Shown here one piece after another: positions 35,892 through 46,507 of a DNA stretch of 64,000 nt (position 1 is its first letter; each line of letters opens with the position of its first letter). The stretch is from an uncultured Actinomycetes bacterium (GTDB lineage: Bacteria > Actinomycetota > Thermoleophilia > RBG-16-64-13): NCBI GenBank assembly GCA_963706025.1, contig CAVPLM010000008.1:1-64000 (forward strand), in the 5' to 3' direction. The notes beneath the pieces are model-generated. The model was not told the DNA's origin and did not search any database. It saw nothing but the letters and a program-made list of their open reading frames with translations. The position numbers were made by a program, and so were the translations under genes.

Positions 35892-36356
35892 CTACGAAGC
35901 GACGCTGGCCGTCGTAAGCGCCGCCGTCAGTTCGGCAAGAACCGCCTCACTGTAGGCGCCGCGACCCTGCCAACGGACGCTTCCGGTCTGGTCGAGCAGG
36001 AACAGGTAGATGTGGTCGAGATCAGGGAGGTCGAGGGCGCGCTGCAGACCGCGAAGGTCCACGTACGCGGTCAGCGTGTGGCGCCGGACCTTCGGGTCGG
36101 GGATACCCCTGCGCATGCCGCCGTCGATCGCGCCTCGCCAGATACGGTAGCTCCGGGAGAGAGCAGGCACCTCCCATGCCTCCAAACCCGGGAAATCCCC
36201 CTCCAAGCGGGCGAGATGAGGCAGCCAGGTCTCGATGGGGTACTGGTGGTCTCGCCGGAAGGCCAGAACGACGAGGTTGATACTGCCGGTCAGGCCGGCG
36301 GGTATCTCGACCGTTCGACCCTCGAGATCTCGTGCACTCAATCGGGGAAACTGCAT
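35892..36356 (-). CDS. Thioredoxin-like conserved hypothetical protein (ATP10-like)
   Basis: RBS GGAGG; MQFPRLSARDLEG...AIDGGMRRGIPD...FLLDQTGSVRW. Confidence 0.7.
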   Translation of the reverse strand: MQFPRLSARDLEGRTVEIPAGLTGSINLVVLAFRRDHQYPIETWLPHLARLEGDFPGLEAWEVPALSRSYRIWRGAIDGGMRRGIPDPKVRRHTLTAYVDLRGLQRALDLPDLDHIYLFLLDQTGSVRWQGRGAYSEAVLAELTAALTTASVAS

Positions 36357-36508
36357 CAGCGCACCTCCGTCGCGCGCAGAGTATCGGTGCTCTAGTACCA
36401 CCGACGGAGGAAAAGGGCAAGCCCCGCGCAGCCCGGCGGCCGGGACACGCTCCAATCCCGAGCGGTATGATGGAATGGATCCTAACAAAGAGCAGGACGG
36501 GAGGCTCC

Positions 36509-36802
36509 ATGACCAAGAGAAGTTGGGCCGATCTGTCGACCGGCCAAAAGATGGCGGTGATCGTCTTGGGGACGATCCAAGTGGGCCTGCTCGTGGCGGC
36601 CCTGTGGGACCTTGCCCACCGGACCCCGGATGAAGTGCGGGGCGACCGGCGCATGTGGGCCGGGATCGTGTTCATCAACTGGTTCGGGCCCCTGGCGTAC
36701 TTCACGATCGGGCGTAGGGAAAGCCTCTGCTGCCCGTCGTGCTGCAAGCCCAGTTCCGCCTCAGATCCGTCTGAGATCGAGTCGGAACCGTTCTCGTTTT
36801 GA
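36509..36802 (+). CDS. PLDc N-terminal-domain small membrane protein
   Basis: AALWDL...VRGDRRMWAGIVFINWFGPLAYFTIGR. Confidence 0.75.
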   Translation: MTKRSWADLSTGQKMAVIVLGTIQVGLLVAALWDLAHRTPDEVRGDRRMWAGIVFINWFGPLAYFTIGRRESLCCPSCCKPSSASDPSEIESEPFSF

Positions 36803-37263
36803 CCGAGCCCTTCCTACCCGACGACTACCTCTACATGGCCCTGGCTATGGAGGAGGCACGGCGCGCAGGCGCCGAAGGTGAGGTGCCGGTGGGCGCAGCC
36901 CTCGTCGTAGACGGCGAGGTGCTGGCTGCCCGGGGCAACGAGCGCGAGCGTCGCAAAGACCCCACCGCCCACGCCGAGATGCTGGTGATACGCGATGCGG
37001 CAGCCATATCCGGGGGTTGGAGGCTGGAGGAAGCCACTCTCTACGTGACGCTGGAGCCCTGCGCCATGTGCGCAGGCGCGATCATCCTGGCGCGCATCAA
37101 GAGGCTGGTCTACGGGGCCGACGACCCCAAAGCGGGAGCCGCCGGCACCATCTTGAACGTGGTGGACCACCCAGCCCTGAATCACCATCCCCAGGTGAGA
37201 GCCGGGGTCATGGCTGTGGACGCCTCCAGGCTCCTGCGGGAGTTCTTCGAAAGCCGCCGCTAG
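36799..37263 (+). CDS. tadA: tRNA adenosine(34) deaminase
   Basis: EVPVGA, DPTAHAE, LYVTLEPCAMCAGA, DPKAGA; its substrate tRNA-Arg(ACG) is at 7479. Confidence 0.93.
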   Translation: MTEPFLPDDYLYMALAMEEARRAGAEGEVPVGAALVVDGEVLAARGNERERRKDPTAHAEMLVIRDAAAISGGWRLEEATLYVTLEPCAMCAGAIILARIKRLVYGADDPKAGAAGTILNVVDHPALNHHPQVRAGVMAVDASRLLREFFESRR

Positions 37264-37316
37264 CCCCGGCGCGGCGCCGGCCGCTCGGGGCCGTACAGGG
37301 CTACAATCACACTCCA

Positions 37317-38378
37317 ATGGATGACCCGGCAAACACCCCGGCGCGAGGCAGCGGCCAAGAAACCCCTCTCGGGAAGAATGGGGTGCCCGGCGCGCACGTC
37401 GATGCCGCTTCTCATCAGCACGGTCTGACGCGCAGCCCGGCTCTGGGAGCGGCCCCGGACAAGCGGCTGATACTCGCCCTCGGTCTCAACCTGGTCATCA
37501 CGCTGCTGCAGATCGCCGGTGGGATCGTCGCCAACAGCCTGGGTCTGCTTTCCGACGCCGCTCACAACCTGAGCGACGTGGTCGCCCTGGGCTTGAGTCT
37601 CTGGGCGGTCCGCCTCGGCCGGCGGCCCGCCACCCCCCGCCGCACCTTCGCCTACAAACGGGCCGAGATCCTGGTGGCCATGTTCAACTCGGCGGTGCTC
37701 ATCGCCATCTCGGTGTACATCATCGTCGAGGCGGTCCGCCGCCTGCTCGATCCGCAACCCGTCGAGGGTCTAGTGGTCGTCGTCTTCGCGGCCGCCGGCT
37801 TGGTGATCAACGGACTGGCCGCGTTCCTGCTCCGCGCGCACCACCACGATCTCAACCTGCGCAGCGCGTTCCTTCATCTGATCGGGGATGCCGCCACGAG
37901 TTTCGGGGTGATGCTGAGCGGCCTGATCATCTACTTCGCCGACTGGTACTACGCCGACGCCATCGTGTCCATCCTGGTCTCGCTCTGGATCGGCCGCGAG
38001 GCCTTCACCATCGTGAGAAGCACCGTGAACGTGCTCATGGAGGGAACGCCAGAGGGACTGGAGCTCGCCGAGGTGGAGCACGCGATGCTGGCCGTGCCCG
38101 GGGTGAGGGGGATCCACGACCTCCACATCTGGTCCATCTCCTCGAGCGACCAGGCTCTTTCGGCACACGTCGAGGCCGAGGACACCGCCCTATCCGAGAC
38201 CGGAGCTCTGCTCACGGCCGTCAAGGATATGCTTGCGCGAGACTTCGCCGTGGGACACGTGACCCTCGAGTTGGAGACAGTGGGGGGCGAGTGCGCCGGA
38301 AGCAGCTGCGACATCCCCCCGGAGAACCTGGCTGAGCGACCAGCGGCATCTGGGGCACCAGCACTGACCAGGACGTAG
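37317..38378 (+). CDS. Cation diffusion facilitator (CzcD/ZitB-like)
   Basis: SLGLLSDAAHNLSD, TFAYKRAEIL, NLRSAFLHLIGD, IHDLHIW, HVTLELE. Confidence 0.9.
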   Translation: MDDPANTPARGSGQETPLGKNGVPGAHVDAASHQHGLTRSPALGAAPDKRLILALGLNLVITLLQIAGGIVANSLGLLSDAAHNLSDVVALGLSLWAVRLGRRPATPRRTFAYKRAEILVAMFNSAVLIAISVYIIVEAVRRLLDPQPVEGLVVVVFAAAGLVINGLAAFLLRAHHHDLNLRSAFLHLIGDAATSFGVMLSGLIIYFADWYYADAIVSILVSLWIGREAFTIVRSTVNVLMEGTPEGLELAEVEHAMLAVPGVRGIHDLHIWSISSSDQALSAHVEAEDTALSETGALLTAVKDMLARDFAVGHVTLELETVGGECAGSSCDIPPENLAERPAASGAPALTRT

Positions 38379-38426
38379 AATACCGGTAAGGGGTATTCGC
38401 GCACCGGGATCAAGGAGGTTGTAGTA

Positions 38427-38819
38427 GTGGACAAGCTGATCCGTTCAGAAGATGAATGGCGGCGCATCCTGCCGCCCGAGCGCTACAAGGTGCTGCGGAA
38501 GAAGGGCACCGAGCCCGCGTTCGCGAACGAGTACGACGACCATTGGGAACCCGGCACTTATCTCTGCTACGCGTGCGATCTCCCGCTTTTCAGCTCGGAG
38601 GACAAGTTCCACTCCGGTTCCGGGTGGCCCAGCTTCTGGCAGCCCCTCACCGCCGACGCCGTCGAGGAGCGCACCGACCGTTCCTTATGGATGACACGGA
38701 CCGAGGTCGTTTGCGGCCGCTGCGACAGCCACCTGGGACACGTGTTCGACGACGGTCCCCCGCCCACGGGCCTGCGGTACTGCATGAACTCCGCATCGCT
38801 GAAGTTCGAACCCAAATAG
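38427..38819 (+). CDS. msrB: Peptide-methionine (R)-S-oxide reductase
   Basis: [35 protein letters not shown]. Confidence 0.95.
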   Translation: MDKLIRSEDEWRRILPPERYKVLRKKGTEPAFANEYDDHWEPGTYLCYACDLPLFSSEDKFHSGSGWPSFWQPLTADAVEERTDRSLWMTRTEVVCGRCDSHLGHVFDDGPPPTGLRYCMNSASLKFEPK

Positions 38820-38860
38820 CGGCCACCGGCGGGTGCCGGCAGATGCCGGCGAGAGTCAGG

Positions 38861-39061
38861 TCAAGTCAGTTCGAACTCCATGTGCTTCAGCTCGGCCGTG
38901 GGCAGGCGCTGGCTCACACGGAGCATCTCTAGACCGATCACCTCGCCCCGCTCGTCGAGGTCGAGCACCACTCCCGGGCGGATCTCCTCGGATTCGAACA
39001 CCGGAGACTTATCGAGACGAATATGAAGCGCGTCGGCCTCTTGGTCGAAGCGTACTCTCAT
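38861..39061 (-). CDS. DUF2283-family protein (putative antitoxin), orphan
   Basis: MRVRFDQEADALHIRL...EEIRPGVVLDLDERGEVIGLEML. Confidence 0.85.
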   Translation of the reverse strand: MRVRFDQEADALHIRLDKSPVFESEEIRPGVVLDLDERGEVIGLEMLRVSQRLPTAELKHMEFELT

Positions 39062-39108
39062 AGCTTCCCTTTCATGGACCGATGGATTCAGATTCGAGAG
39101 GTTTCATC

Positions 39109-40287
39109 TTACGCTTCCGACTGCTCAGGCGCGGGATCTGCCCCCAGCATGCGCAGGATGCGCTCGCGATCGCCGTCCAATTCCGGGGCCGGGGGGCGAG
39201 AAGACGGATCGGGAAAAGCCGAGAGCTTGATGGGATTACCCGCAAGAGCCACAGGCCCTGCGACCGGATCATTCGTCGACACGACCATGTTCCGGTAGAC
39301 GACCTGCGGGTCGGCGAGCACTTTGTCGATGCTGTTGATCGGGCCAGAAGGCACCCCCGCGTGTTCGAAAGCGCGCAGCCAGTGCCCGATGGGACGGAGG
39401 CGAAGGACCGACTCCAATTCGTCTTTGAGAGCCGCGTGGTGCAGGGTGCGGAGGTCATTCGTTCTGAACAGCGGATTCTCCGCGAGATCCGCTCGGTCCA
39501 GCGCAGCGCACAGCCGCTGGAAGAGGAGATCGTTGCCGGCCGCGATCACCAGATGGCCATCCGCGGCCCCGAAGACGTCGAACGGGGTGATCGACGGATG
39601 GCGGGCCCCCAGAGGCCCGGGGACCGAACCGGTGGTCGTGTAGCGGGCGATGGCGTTCTCGAGGATCGCAACCTGCCCGTCGAGCATGGCGACATCGATC
39701 ATCATGCCGCTTCCGGTAAGGGCGCGGTGATACAGGGCGGCGCTGACGCCTACAGCAAGAAAGAGGGCCGCAGCGATATCACCCAGGGAAGTGCCCACCC
39801 GGGCCGGGGACTCATCGGGGTAGCCGGTCAGGCTCATCACTCCTCCCATGGCCTGCACGATGATGTCGTAGGCCGCTCGTGGCGAGTAGGGGCCCGTCTG
39901 GCCGAAACCGGAGACGGCTGCGTAGATCAGCCGGGGATGCCGCTTTTGGAGTGACCCCCAGCCAAAGCCAAGCCGGTCCATCGTCCCGGGGCGGAAGTTC
40001 TCCACCAGCACGTCCGCTTGGCCAAGGAGGGAGTGCAAGACCGACCGATCCTCCTCGGCCTTGAGGTCCAGCGCGATGCTTTCCTTGCCCCGATTGAGAG
40101 ACATGAAGTAGGCGGACTTCCCGCCGACGAACGGCCCGAAGTGACGGGAGTCGTCCCCGCCACCCGGTGCCTCCACCTTGATGACCCGGGCTCCCAAGTC
40201 GGCCAGCACGAGCGTGCAGAAGGGGCCGGCGAGAACCCGGGACAGGTCGACAACGGTGACGCCGGAGAGGGGGCCTTGTGTGGTCAT
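39109..40287 (-). CDS. CaiB/BaiF family (class III) CoA transferase
   Basis: GPLSGVTVVDLSRVLAGPF, LNRGKES, DVLVENFRPG, SGFGQTGP. Confidence 0.92.
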   Translation of the reverse strand: MTTQGPLSGVTVVDLSRVLAGPFCTLVLADLGARVIKVEAPGGGDDSRHFGPFVGGKSAYFMSLNRGKESIALDLKAEEDRSVLHSLLGQADVLVENFRPGTMDRLGFGWGSLQKRHPRLIYAAVSGFGQTGPYSPRAAYDIIVQAMGGVMSLTGYPDESPARVGTSLGDIAAALFLAVGVSAALYHRALTGSGMMIDVAMLDGQVAILENAIARYTTTGSVPGPLGARHPSITPFDVFGAADGHLVIAAGNDLLFQRLCAALDRADLAENPLFRTNDLRTLHHAALKDELESVLRLRPIGHWLRAFEHAGVPSGPINSIDKVLADPQVVYRNMVVSTNDPVAGPVALAGNPIKLSAFPDPSSRPPAPELDGDRERILRMLGADPAPEQSEA

Positions 40288-40392
40288 TGCGTCTACTCCT
40301 CGAGTCGGGTCGAAACCGGATAGCGTGAGCATAGCAACGTCAGCCCGCATCGGATGGCAATGATTGCGTTTCGGGTGATGGGGGGAGGCCCC

Positions 40393-40650
40393 ATGGCCAG
40401 CTTGACCATCCGCGGCCTCGACGAGGCTGTCAAAAGCAGATTGCGACTGGAGGCGGCTCGGCAGGGATACTCGATGGAGGAGGCCGCCCGCCAGATCCTT
40501 CGCCGCGCCCTCATGAGCCCGGAGTTCGACGCCGGTGGCCTGGGCAGTCGCGTGCATGGGTACTTCGTCGAAGCCGACTCCTTCGATCTCGAGATACCGG
40601 CTCGTTCCGCGCCCCGATCGGCCCCCGACCTCTCGGATCGCCGGCCATGA
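40393..40650 (+). CDS. FitA-like ribbon-helix-helix antitoxin
   Basis: MASLTIRGLDEAVKSRLRLEAARQGYSMEEAARQIL; ATGA overlap with the toxin gene. Confidence 0.88.
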   Translation: MASLTIRGLDEAVKSRLRLEAARQGYSMEEAARQILRRALMSPEFDAGGLGSRVHGYFVEADSFDLEIPARSAPRSAPDLSDRRP

Positions 40651-41066
40651 TTATGCTGGACACAAACGTGCTCTCCGAGCTCATGCGGCGAGAGCCGGAT
40701 CCGGCGGCGATGGCTTGGATCGACGCCCATCCCCCGCACCTTCTGCACATCTCAGCAGTTACACGTGCCGAGATCGAGCTGGGTATCGCCCTTCTGCCCG
40801 AAGGCCGGCGCAAGCAGGGTCTGCAGGCGGCGGCGATACGAATGTTCGCGGAGTTCCATACCCGCTGCCTGGCCTTCGACGAGCGGGCCGCTTCGCATTA
40901 CGCGGAGCTTGTGGCCGACCGCGTTCGGGCTGGGCGCCCCATCAGCATCGAGGATGCGCAAATCGCGGCTGTGGCCTTGGCGGGGGGACTTGTTTTGGCC
41001 ACGCGCAACGTCGGCGACTTTGCCGGTATCGACGGCCTGTCGCTGGTGAATCCGTTCAGGGCATAA
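40647..41066 (+). CDS. PIN-domain VapC/FitB toxin
   Basis: MLDTNVLSELMR, EIELG, DAQIAAVA, LATRNVGDF. Confidence 0.92.
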   Translation: MIMLDTNVLSELMRREPDPAAMAWIDAHPPHLLHISAVTRAEIELGIALLPEGRRKQGLQAAAIRMFAEFHTRCLAFDERAASHYAELVADRVRAGRPISIEDAQIAAVALAGGLVLATRNVGDFAGIDGLSLVNPFRA

Positions 41067-41197
41067 GGCATCCGCCGGGCAGCCGACCATGAGCGTCCGG
41101 TCGCTGTGGCCCGCCTTCTGACCGTCTCCTGATTGTCCCTCCTTAAGCCCGTCGCTATACTCGCTACTCGCGTTCGTATCTGAGGACGCGTGCCCGT

Positions 41198-41287
<90 letters not shown>

Positions 41288-41332
41288 TATAGTCTTCCGC
41301 AAGAAACCACGAAGTGGCTCCCACCAAGATCT

Positions 41333-41478
41333 GGGGGGATTCCGAACCCGCGAGGGCGCGAGCGTCAGCGAGACAGTCCCTTTGGACTGTCGAACAGCGA
41401 GCGGTCCGAGCCGAGCCGGACGGCGAGGCAAGGACGGCAGCTTGCGCAGCAAGATGCGCGAATCCCCCCCTCTCCGCT
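41333..41478. repeat. tRNA-linked palindromic element: inverted T-arm copy, internal hairpin, direct copy of the tRNA 3' end
   Basis: GGGGGGATTCCGAACCC (41333-41349), GACAGTCC-CTTT-GGACTGTC, GAATCCCCCCCTCTCCGCT (41460-41478). Confidence 0.75.
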
Positions 41479-41647
41479 TAGGAACTCGTTTCAGAACGGG
41501 GTTACGCCGACTGGGGCGTGATGGGCCAGTGCGAGGCAAGGACTAGAGGGAGCAGGCGTAGCAGCGCTACGGATGCGACCGAGGACGACGCATCGTGCCG
41601 TCCAGCGAGACCTAGGCGGCCGCAACTTCGGTCTGAACGAGTTCATG

Positions 41648-41739
41648 GAAAGCCAAGAACGGCACATCGGAGCCCGGCTGATGAGGCCCGACTCTCCCGT
41701 ATTTCGGCCGAGTTCGGTGGCAAGTCGGGGGCAAACTCG
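41648..41739 (+). repeat. Array module copy A (arm segment; its tRNA 3' end is at 41460)
   Basis: GAAAGCCAAGAACGGC...CGAGTTCGGTGGCAAGTCGGGGGCAAACTCG. Confidence 0.88.
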
Positions 41740-41906
41740 TCGAGACTCATGGTAGGCAAGGGACCGAGACGGACGAGATAGCCGGAGACAGTGCACGCTC
41801 TCTCCCCGGCAGACATACTGCCGAGTGAAGGCTTAGAATGAAAGGTGGAGTGCGTGGCCTGGGGAAGCATGAGATGACAAAGCCGGCTAGAGCAAGAGGA
41901 CCTTGA

Positions 41907-42119
41907 ATGAGTCGGTCGCGACGCGCCAAGGATGATCGGATCGGTGAGTGGGCCGATCGAGTATTGACAGGCGAGGAGCCAGAGTTCCCCGACACTGACA
42001 AACAGGGCTATATGCATCGGGGCAGCTTTCTCACTGGGATGTTCGTCGGGCCCTCAGTGTTCTTTGCCGACCTGCTCTTCGGCAGTTGGTGGAAGAGACG
42101 CAGGAAGGTTGACCTCTAG
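41907..42119 (+). CDS. Small hypothetical membrane protein
   Basis: RBS GAGGA, C-terminal hydrophobic segment and basic tail. Confidence 0.45.
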   Translation: MSRSRRAKDDRIGEWADRVLTGEEPEFPDTDKQGYMHRGSFLTGMFVGPSVFFADLLFGSWWKRRRKVDL

Positions 42120-42293
42120 GTCAGGGCATCGCCGCAGCCTTTCCACGCACAGACACACTCTCGCCCCTGCCGGACATATGATGGAGTGAGCTTGACGGGA
42201 AACACTCGGCACCGGTGAGAAGGGCCGCCAGTCATGTAACGCTAGAAGGTCACTGCCAGGGTGTTACTAGTGGACCCTTGCGAGCGAGGGGGC

Positions 42294-42852
42294 ATGGTTC
42301 AAGAATCGGCCAGCCTATCGGGTGACGGACCGAGCACGGCTGCTAGCGCGGGCGTACTTGAGCGTGCCCAAGCGGAAAGCTTCGAAGAAGTAGTGGACCG
42401 ACAGGCAGAGCGCTTGGTACGCAGCCTCACCGCCATGTTTCTTGACCGTGAACTGGCAGCGGATGGAGCCCAAGATGCGTTCGTCCAACTCTACAAACAC
42501 TGGGATGACGGTTACCAAGACAGGAAGTCCAGACGCCTGGCTCTACCGAGTAGCGGTGAACTGCTGCAAGGACTACAAGTCGGCTACAGCCCGGGCTTCT
42601 CGCCTTTTCCAAAGGCTGGTCGGCGCTGGTCCGGAGCACCCAGACTATGTGGACTGGGAACCCCGGGCGGAGTTCCTGAGCGTTCTTTCCCAGCTTCCCA
42701 CCCGCCAACGCATCGCTGCCGCTCTCTACTACGACGCCGATCTCTCGGTGGCAGAGATTGCCCGGGTCATGGGGATCTCGGAAGGTTCCGTGAGCAGCCA
42801 TCTTCATCGGGCCCGCCTGGCCCTCAAAGATATTCTGGAGACGACGCGGTGA
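42294..42852 (+). CDS. ECF sigma-70 factor, frameshift near 42515
   Basis: AADGAQDAFVQLYKHW, then AWLYRVAVN...LPTRQR...LSVAEIARVMGISEGSVSSHLHRAR. Confidence 0.88.
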
Positions 42853-45545
42853 TGAACGCCGATCAGACTGACGAACAGATACGCACTTTCTACGAAGAGA
42901 ACGCCGCCCGGCTGGATGTTGATTCGTTCAAGGACGAGCTTGCCAAGCAGGCTGCCTTCGGGCGGTAGAAAGAAGACACCCAGGTACCAAACGAGTGGTC
43001 ACCTTCGCCCTTGTTGGAGTCGTTCTCCTAGCAGCGGTAGGTGTGGGCGTGAATGCCCTTGTAAGGTGGGTGGGGCACGACCAGGGAGTGATTGTCATCA
43101 CGGACGAGGGGATGAGGCTAGGACCGGCGTCCTCGGAGGCTTCGACCGCGGGAAGGGAACAACGCTCGGTCATTACCATACATGGTCCGGCAACCATCTC
43201 CCGTCCCGCCCCCACCAGTGTCGTTCTTTCGGCCTCTTGGGGCAGCGGCCCCGAGCAGTTCGGACTGGATGAGAGCGGGGCGGGCTACGGGCCCAGCGTG
43301 ATGGCAGTCTCTGAGTGGGGGGTGAATGGTCTGGAGGGTCGGATACTGGCGGTTGCAGACCAGGTCAACTCCCGCGTGCAGCTGTTCCTGCTTAAGGACG
43401 ACGGGAGCGCCGATCTTCTCAGAAGTGTCCCCCTCCCCAGCGTCGCCGGTGGACTCTCGGACATGGTCATAGACCCCGATGGCCACATCTATGTGCTTTC
43501 AGGAGGTCAAAGCCAGGTCATCTATGCGCTATCGGCCGCAAGTGATGATGTCCACCTCCTCTACAACCCGACTCCCATGGCCGTCAGGCTCCATCTGAAC
43601 GGCTTCAACCTCTTCGCAGAAGGGGCGGACGGTAAGTCCTATGGCGTGACCGCAATCTTCGACTACGAGGGCGGCCCCGGAGACAAGCTGCGCGAGCGCG
43701 GCCTCGACACTTCCGCGACCGCCTGGGCGGCCCCCGTTGATGGAGTGCCTGTGCCCGGGTCCAATGAAGGCCGGGTGGCGAAGGTACAGCTCCGCGATGG
43801 AAACGCGGAAGTAAGGGTGGTGAACACTGCGGGGGAGCTGCGGCAGGCGTTCGTTGTCACGTCGCCAGACCTTCCTATCGACTCAGCTGGACTGCTCGGG
43901 CAAGACGCCGCTCAGAACCTGTGGGTGCTCATGCGCATCTACGCCGACGGCTGGGAAGGAACCGAGTCGTTTCTGATGGTTGGGGTCTCTCCGGAAGGGA
44001 CAAAGGTGGGTGAGCTCCGCCTGCCTCTGGATGCCTATGCGACGTGGGACGTCTTCCTCGACCCCGTGTTTCCCTTCGGCGTCTACGAGATGCGCGGGAC
44101 CGAAGAGGGACTTGAGATCAATCGCTACTCCAAGTTGGTCGAGCCGGTCACCACGACGACTGTCTTCTCCCCCGAAGAGACCGCTCAGCAATGGTACGAG
44201 CGCGGGTACTTCATGGGCTACTGGGCCGGCAACGTGGAGACCATACCGGTCCAGCCTGCGAGCTCTTCCCGAGTTCTTCTTCAATGGGCCCACCCCTTCA
44301 GCGCCCCTGGTCACGGATCTCCAGGGGAATCCGATACGGAAGGACCCTTCGGAAATCAAGAAGCCCCTATGGGTCTTTGGTAACGAAGTAGACGTAGCCG
44401 ACTACACGGAGCGGATCCGCCAGGCCAAGAACGGTGGACGCCCCGTTCTTCTTTACGCGACTGACGTCGGCGATGCCTGCGAGGTCCTGGAGCTTCAGCA
44501 ACACACTTGGAGTGACACGCCGCTTGAGCGCCTCATCGCCATATGGCCCGGAGAAGGTGCCACCACTGCCTCAGTCGGCACTTACGAATGGACTGAATCG
44601 CCTAGTTCTTCAGTCCTGCGGGCAGCCGTCGTCTTCCACAGCCTGGTGGAGGCAACTCTCCTGATCCCGGGGCCCACTGCGTCCCCGACCACGACCGAAG
44701 TCATACAGGGGCGCGTCGTCTTTGAGGCTACATGGGGCGACCAGGCCGACCAGGCTGGACTGACGAGAGGGGAGGGCGAACTACGTGGTCCGGCCTCGTT
44801 CGCAGTCGAGAACGGACTCCTGTATGTATTGGACGGCATCAATAAGCGAATCCTTGTTGTGGACGAGGGTCAGGTCATGCGGGCCATAGCCATAGAGCAG
44901 GCCACCGATCCAACCGACATCGCGGTCGCCAGTGATGGGACCCTCGTTGTGGACGACTGTCGCGGTACTGGACAGATACTCGCGTATGCAACGAATGGAT
45001 CGGTCTCAAGGGCAGTCGTTCCGGAAGGGTTGACTCCGGCCATCTTGTGGAGGGACGGCAACACGGTCTACTCGTTGATGGGTCTTGACGAAGATACGCG
45101 ACGATCCGGTTATGTGCCGGTCTTTGAGGGGGGAACGCTAAGGGACATCAGTGAACAGGTCAAGCTTGCGCTTGCCGACTGCCCCGTTTCCGACGGAGCA
45201 ATTCGTATCGAGGCAAAGGACGATCAATACTCAGTTGCCAATATCAGGAACGGTGAGACGGTGTTCAATGTCACTCTGGATCCCACCATCTCCTCTCCTG
45301 TGGAATTCCAGAAACAAGCAAATGGCGGAGTTGTCCTATCCTTTCTGACGGAGTCCAGAGAAGAGGAATTCCGTAGAACGGCCTGGCTCGTTGGTTCGTC
45401 CGGGTTCAAAAAGGCGTTCGACCTGGGTCCCGAGAGTATATGGAGCTATATGCATGTTCACTCACGGGTGACTGCTGGTGGGTCTGTCTACGTCATGACC
45501 AGTGACGTGGACGGACTGACGATCACGCAGTTCGATCTGAAGTGA
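42852..45545 (+). CDS. Membrane-anchored putative anti-sigma/sensor with two NHL-like propeller regions (frameshifts near 42965 and 44260)
   Basis: TGATG coupling to the ECF gene, short cytoplasmic N-terminus, TM, repeated WG.G..Q.G...GP...A...D..N.R modules in ORFs 42995-44383 and 43980-45545. Confidence 0.7.
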
Positions 45546-45907
45546 GGCTCACTCGACTTGCAGGCCAGTGCTCGGCACGTAGGCAACGGCTCCCCCAACA
45601 ACCCGCGAAGGCGTTGACACTCCGGTCCCCACCGCGACAGATGACAGAGCGCACCAGGTGAATCCGATCAACTCTGAGGCGCACGTGTCAGGTACGTTTC
45701 CTCGCCTCTTTGCGCCATCTTCACGTCCTCGTTGCCCTTCAGCGCTCGCCGCACCATGTCTGGATTCCCAGGCATCAACTTTGTGAGAGCCCCGATTGGC
45801 CGCTCCCAGGCTCGGCCGGCGGGGGCATCTGTTTGCGGACTGACTGAGTAGGGGATAGTGGAGTTGTACGGGGAGTAAGTGATACTCGCTATCTGCTGGA
45901 AGGGGCG

Positions 45908-46228
45908 ATGGCCATGGTTCTCCATATCATGAAATGGGACATCCACCCGGACAAACTGGACGCCTACTTGAAGTGGACAGAGGGCGCGATCAAGCGCAGC
46001 TTGGCAGTCCCAGGTGTCGTTGAGTTTCGGGCGTACCGAGGAGCCACTGGTTCTTCCCAAGTTGTGACGACCTGGGAGTTAGCCGACATGGCGGCCTGGG
46101 CGGCCTGGCAGGGCAGCGAGGACATGCAGAAGGTGCGGGCTGAACTGGGCACACTGGCCCTCAATGTGGAGATTGAGGTCTGGGGGCCGTCGCCAGTCGT
46201 ACCTGCGCCTATCAGACCGGGCAAGTAA
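45908..46228 (+). CDS. Small dimeric alpha-beta barrel protein (DUF1330/ABM-like)
   Basis: KWDIHPDKLDAY...VPGVVEFRAYR...WGPSPVVPAP. Confidence 0.7.
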   Translation: MAMVLHIMKWDIHPDKLDAYLKWTEGAIKRSLAVPGVVEFRAYRGATGSSQVVTTWELADMAAWAAWQGSEDMQKVRAELGTLALNVEIEVWGPSPVVPAPIRPGK

Positions 46229-46261
46229 GCAACGTCATTCCTGATATCCGACTCCACGGTG

Positions 46262-46290
46262 ACGGAGGTCCTTCGGGGCCTCCGTTCTTG
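46262..46290 (+). terminator. Intrinsic terminator
   Basis: ACGGAGGTCC-TTCG-GGGCCTCCGT followed by TCTTG. Confidence 0.75.
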
Positions 46291-46320
46291 TTCGTGGCTT
46301 CCGCAGGGAGTTCACCGCTA

Positions 46321-46390
46321 GAGTCCGGTCGGCTGAGGCCGGGTTTTCGCGTCTTTGGGGCGAGTTCGGGGGCAAGTCGGTGGGAAACTC
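46321..46390 (+). repeat. Array module copy B (arm segment only)
   Basis: GAGGCCGGGTTTTCGCGTCTTTGGGGCGAGTTCGGGGGCAAGTCGGTGGGAAACTC. Confidence 0.88.
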
Positions 46391-46507
46391 TTCAGCAACA
46401 GACGGCACAGAACGGAACGAGACGAGCAAACGCTTCTCGCTGGTTCTAACCGCTGCGTCAGGGTAGAAAAGCGACCAGACAGGTGCTCAAATCCACTGGG
46501 GCTAGCA

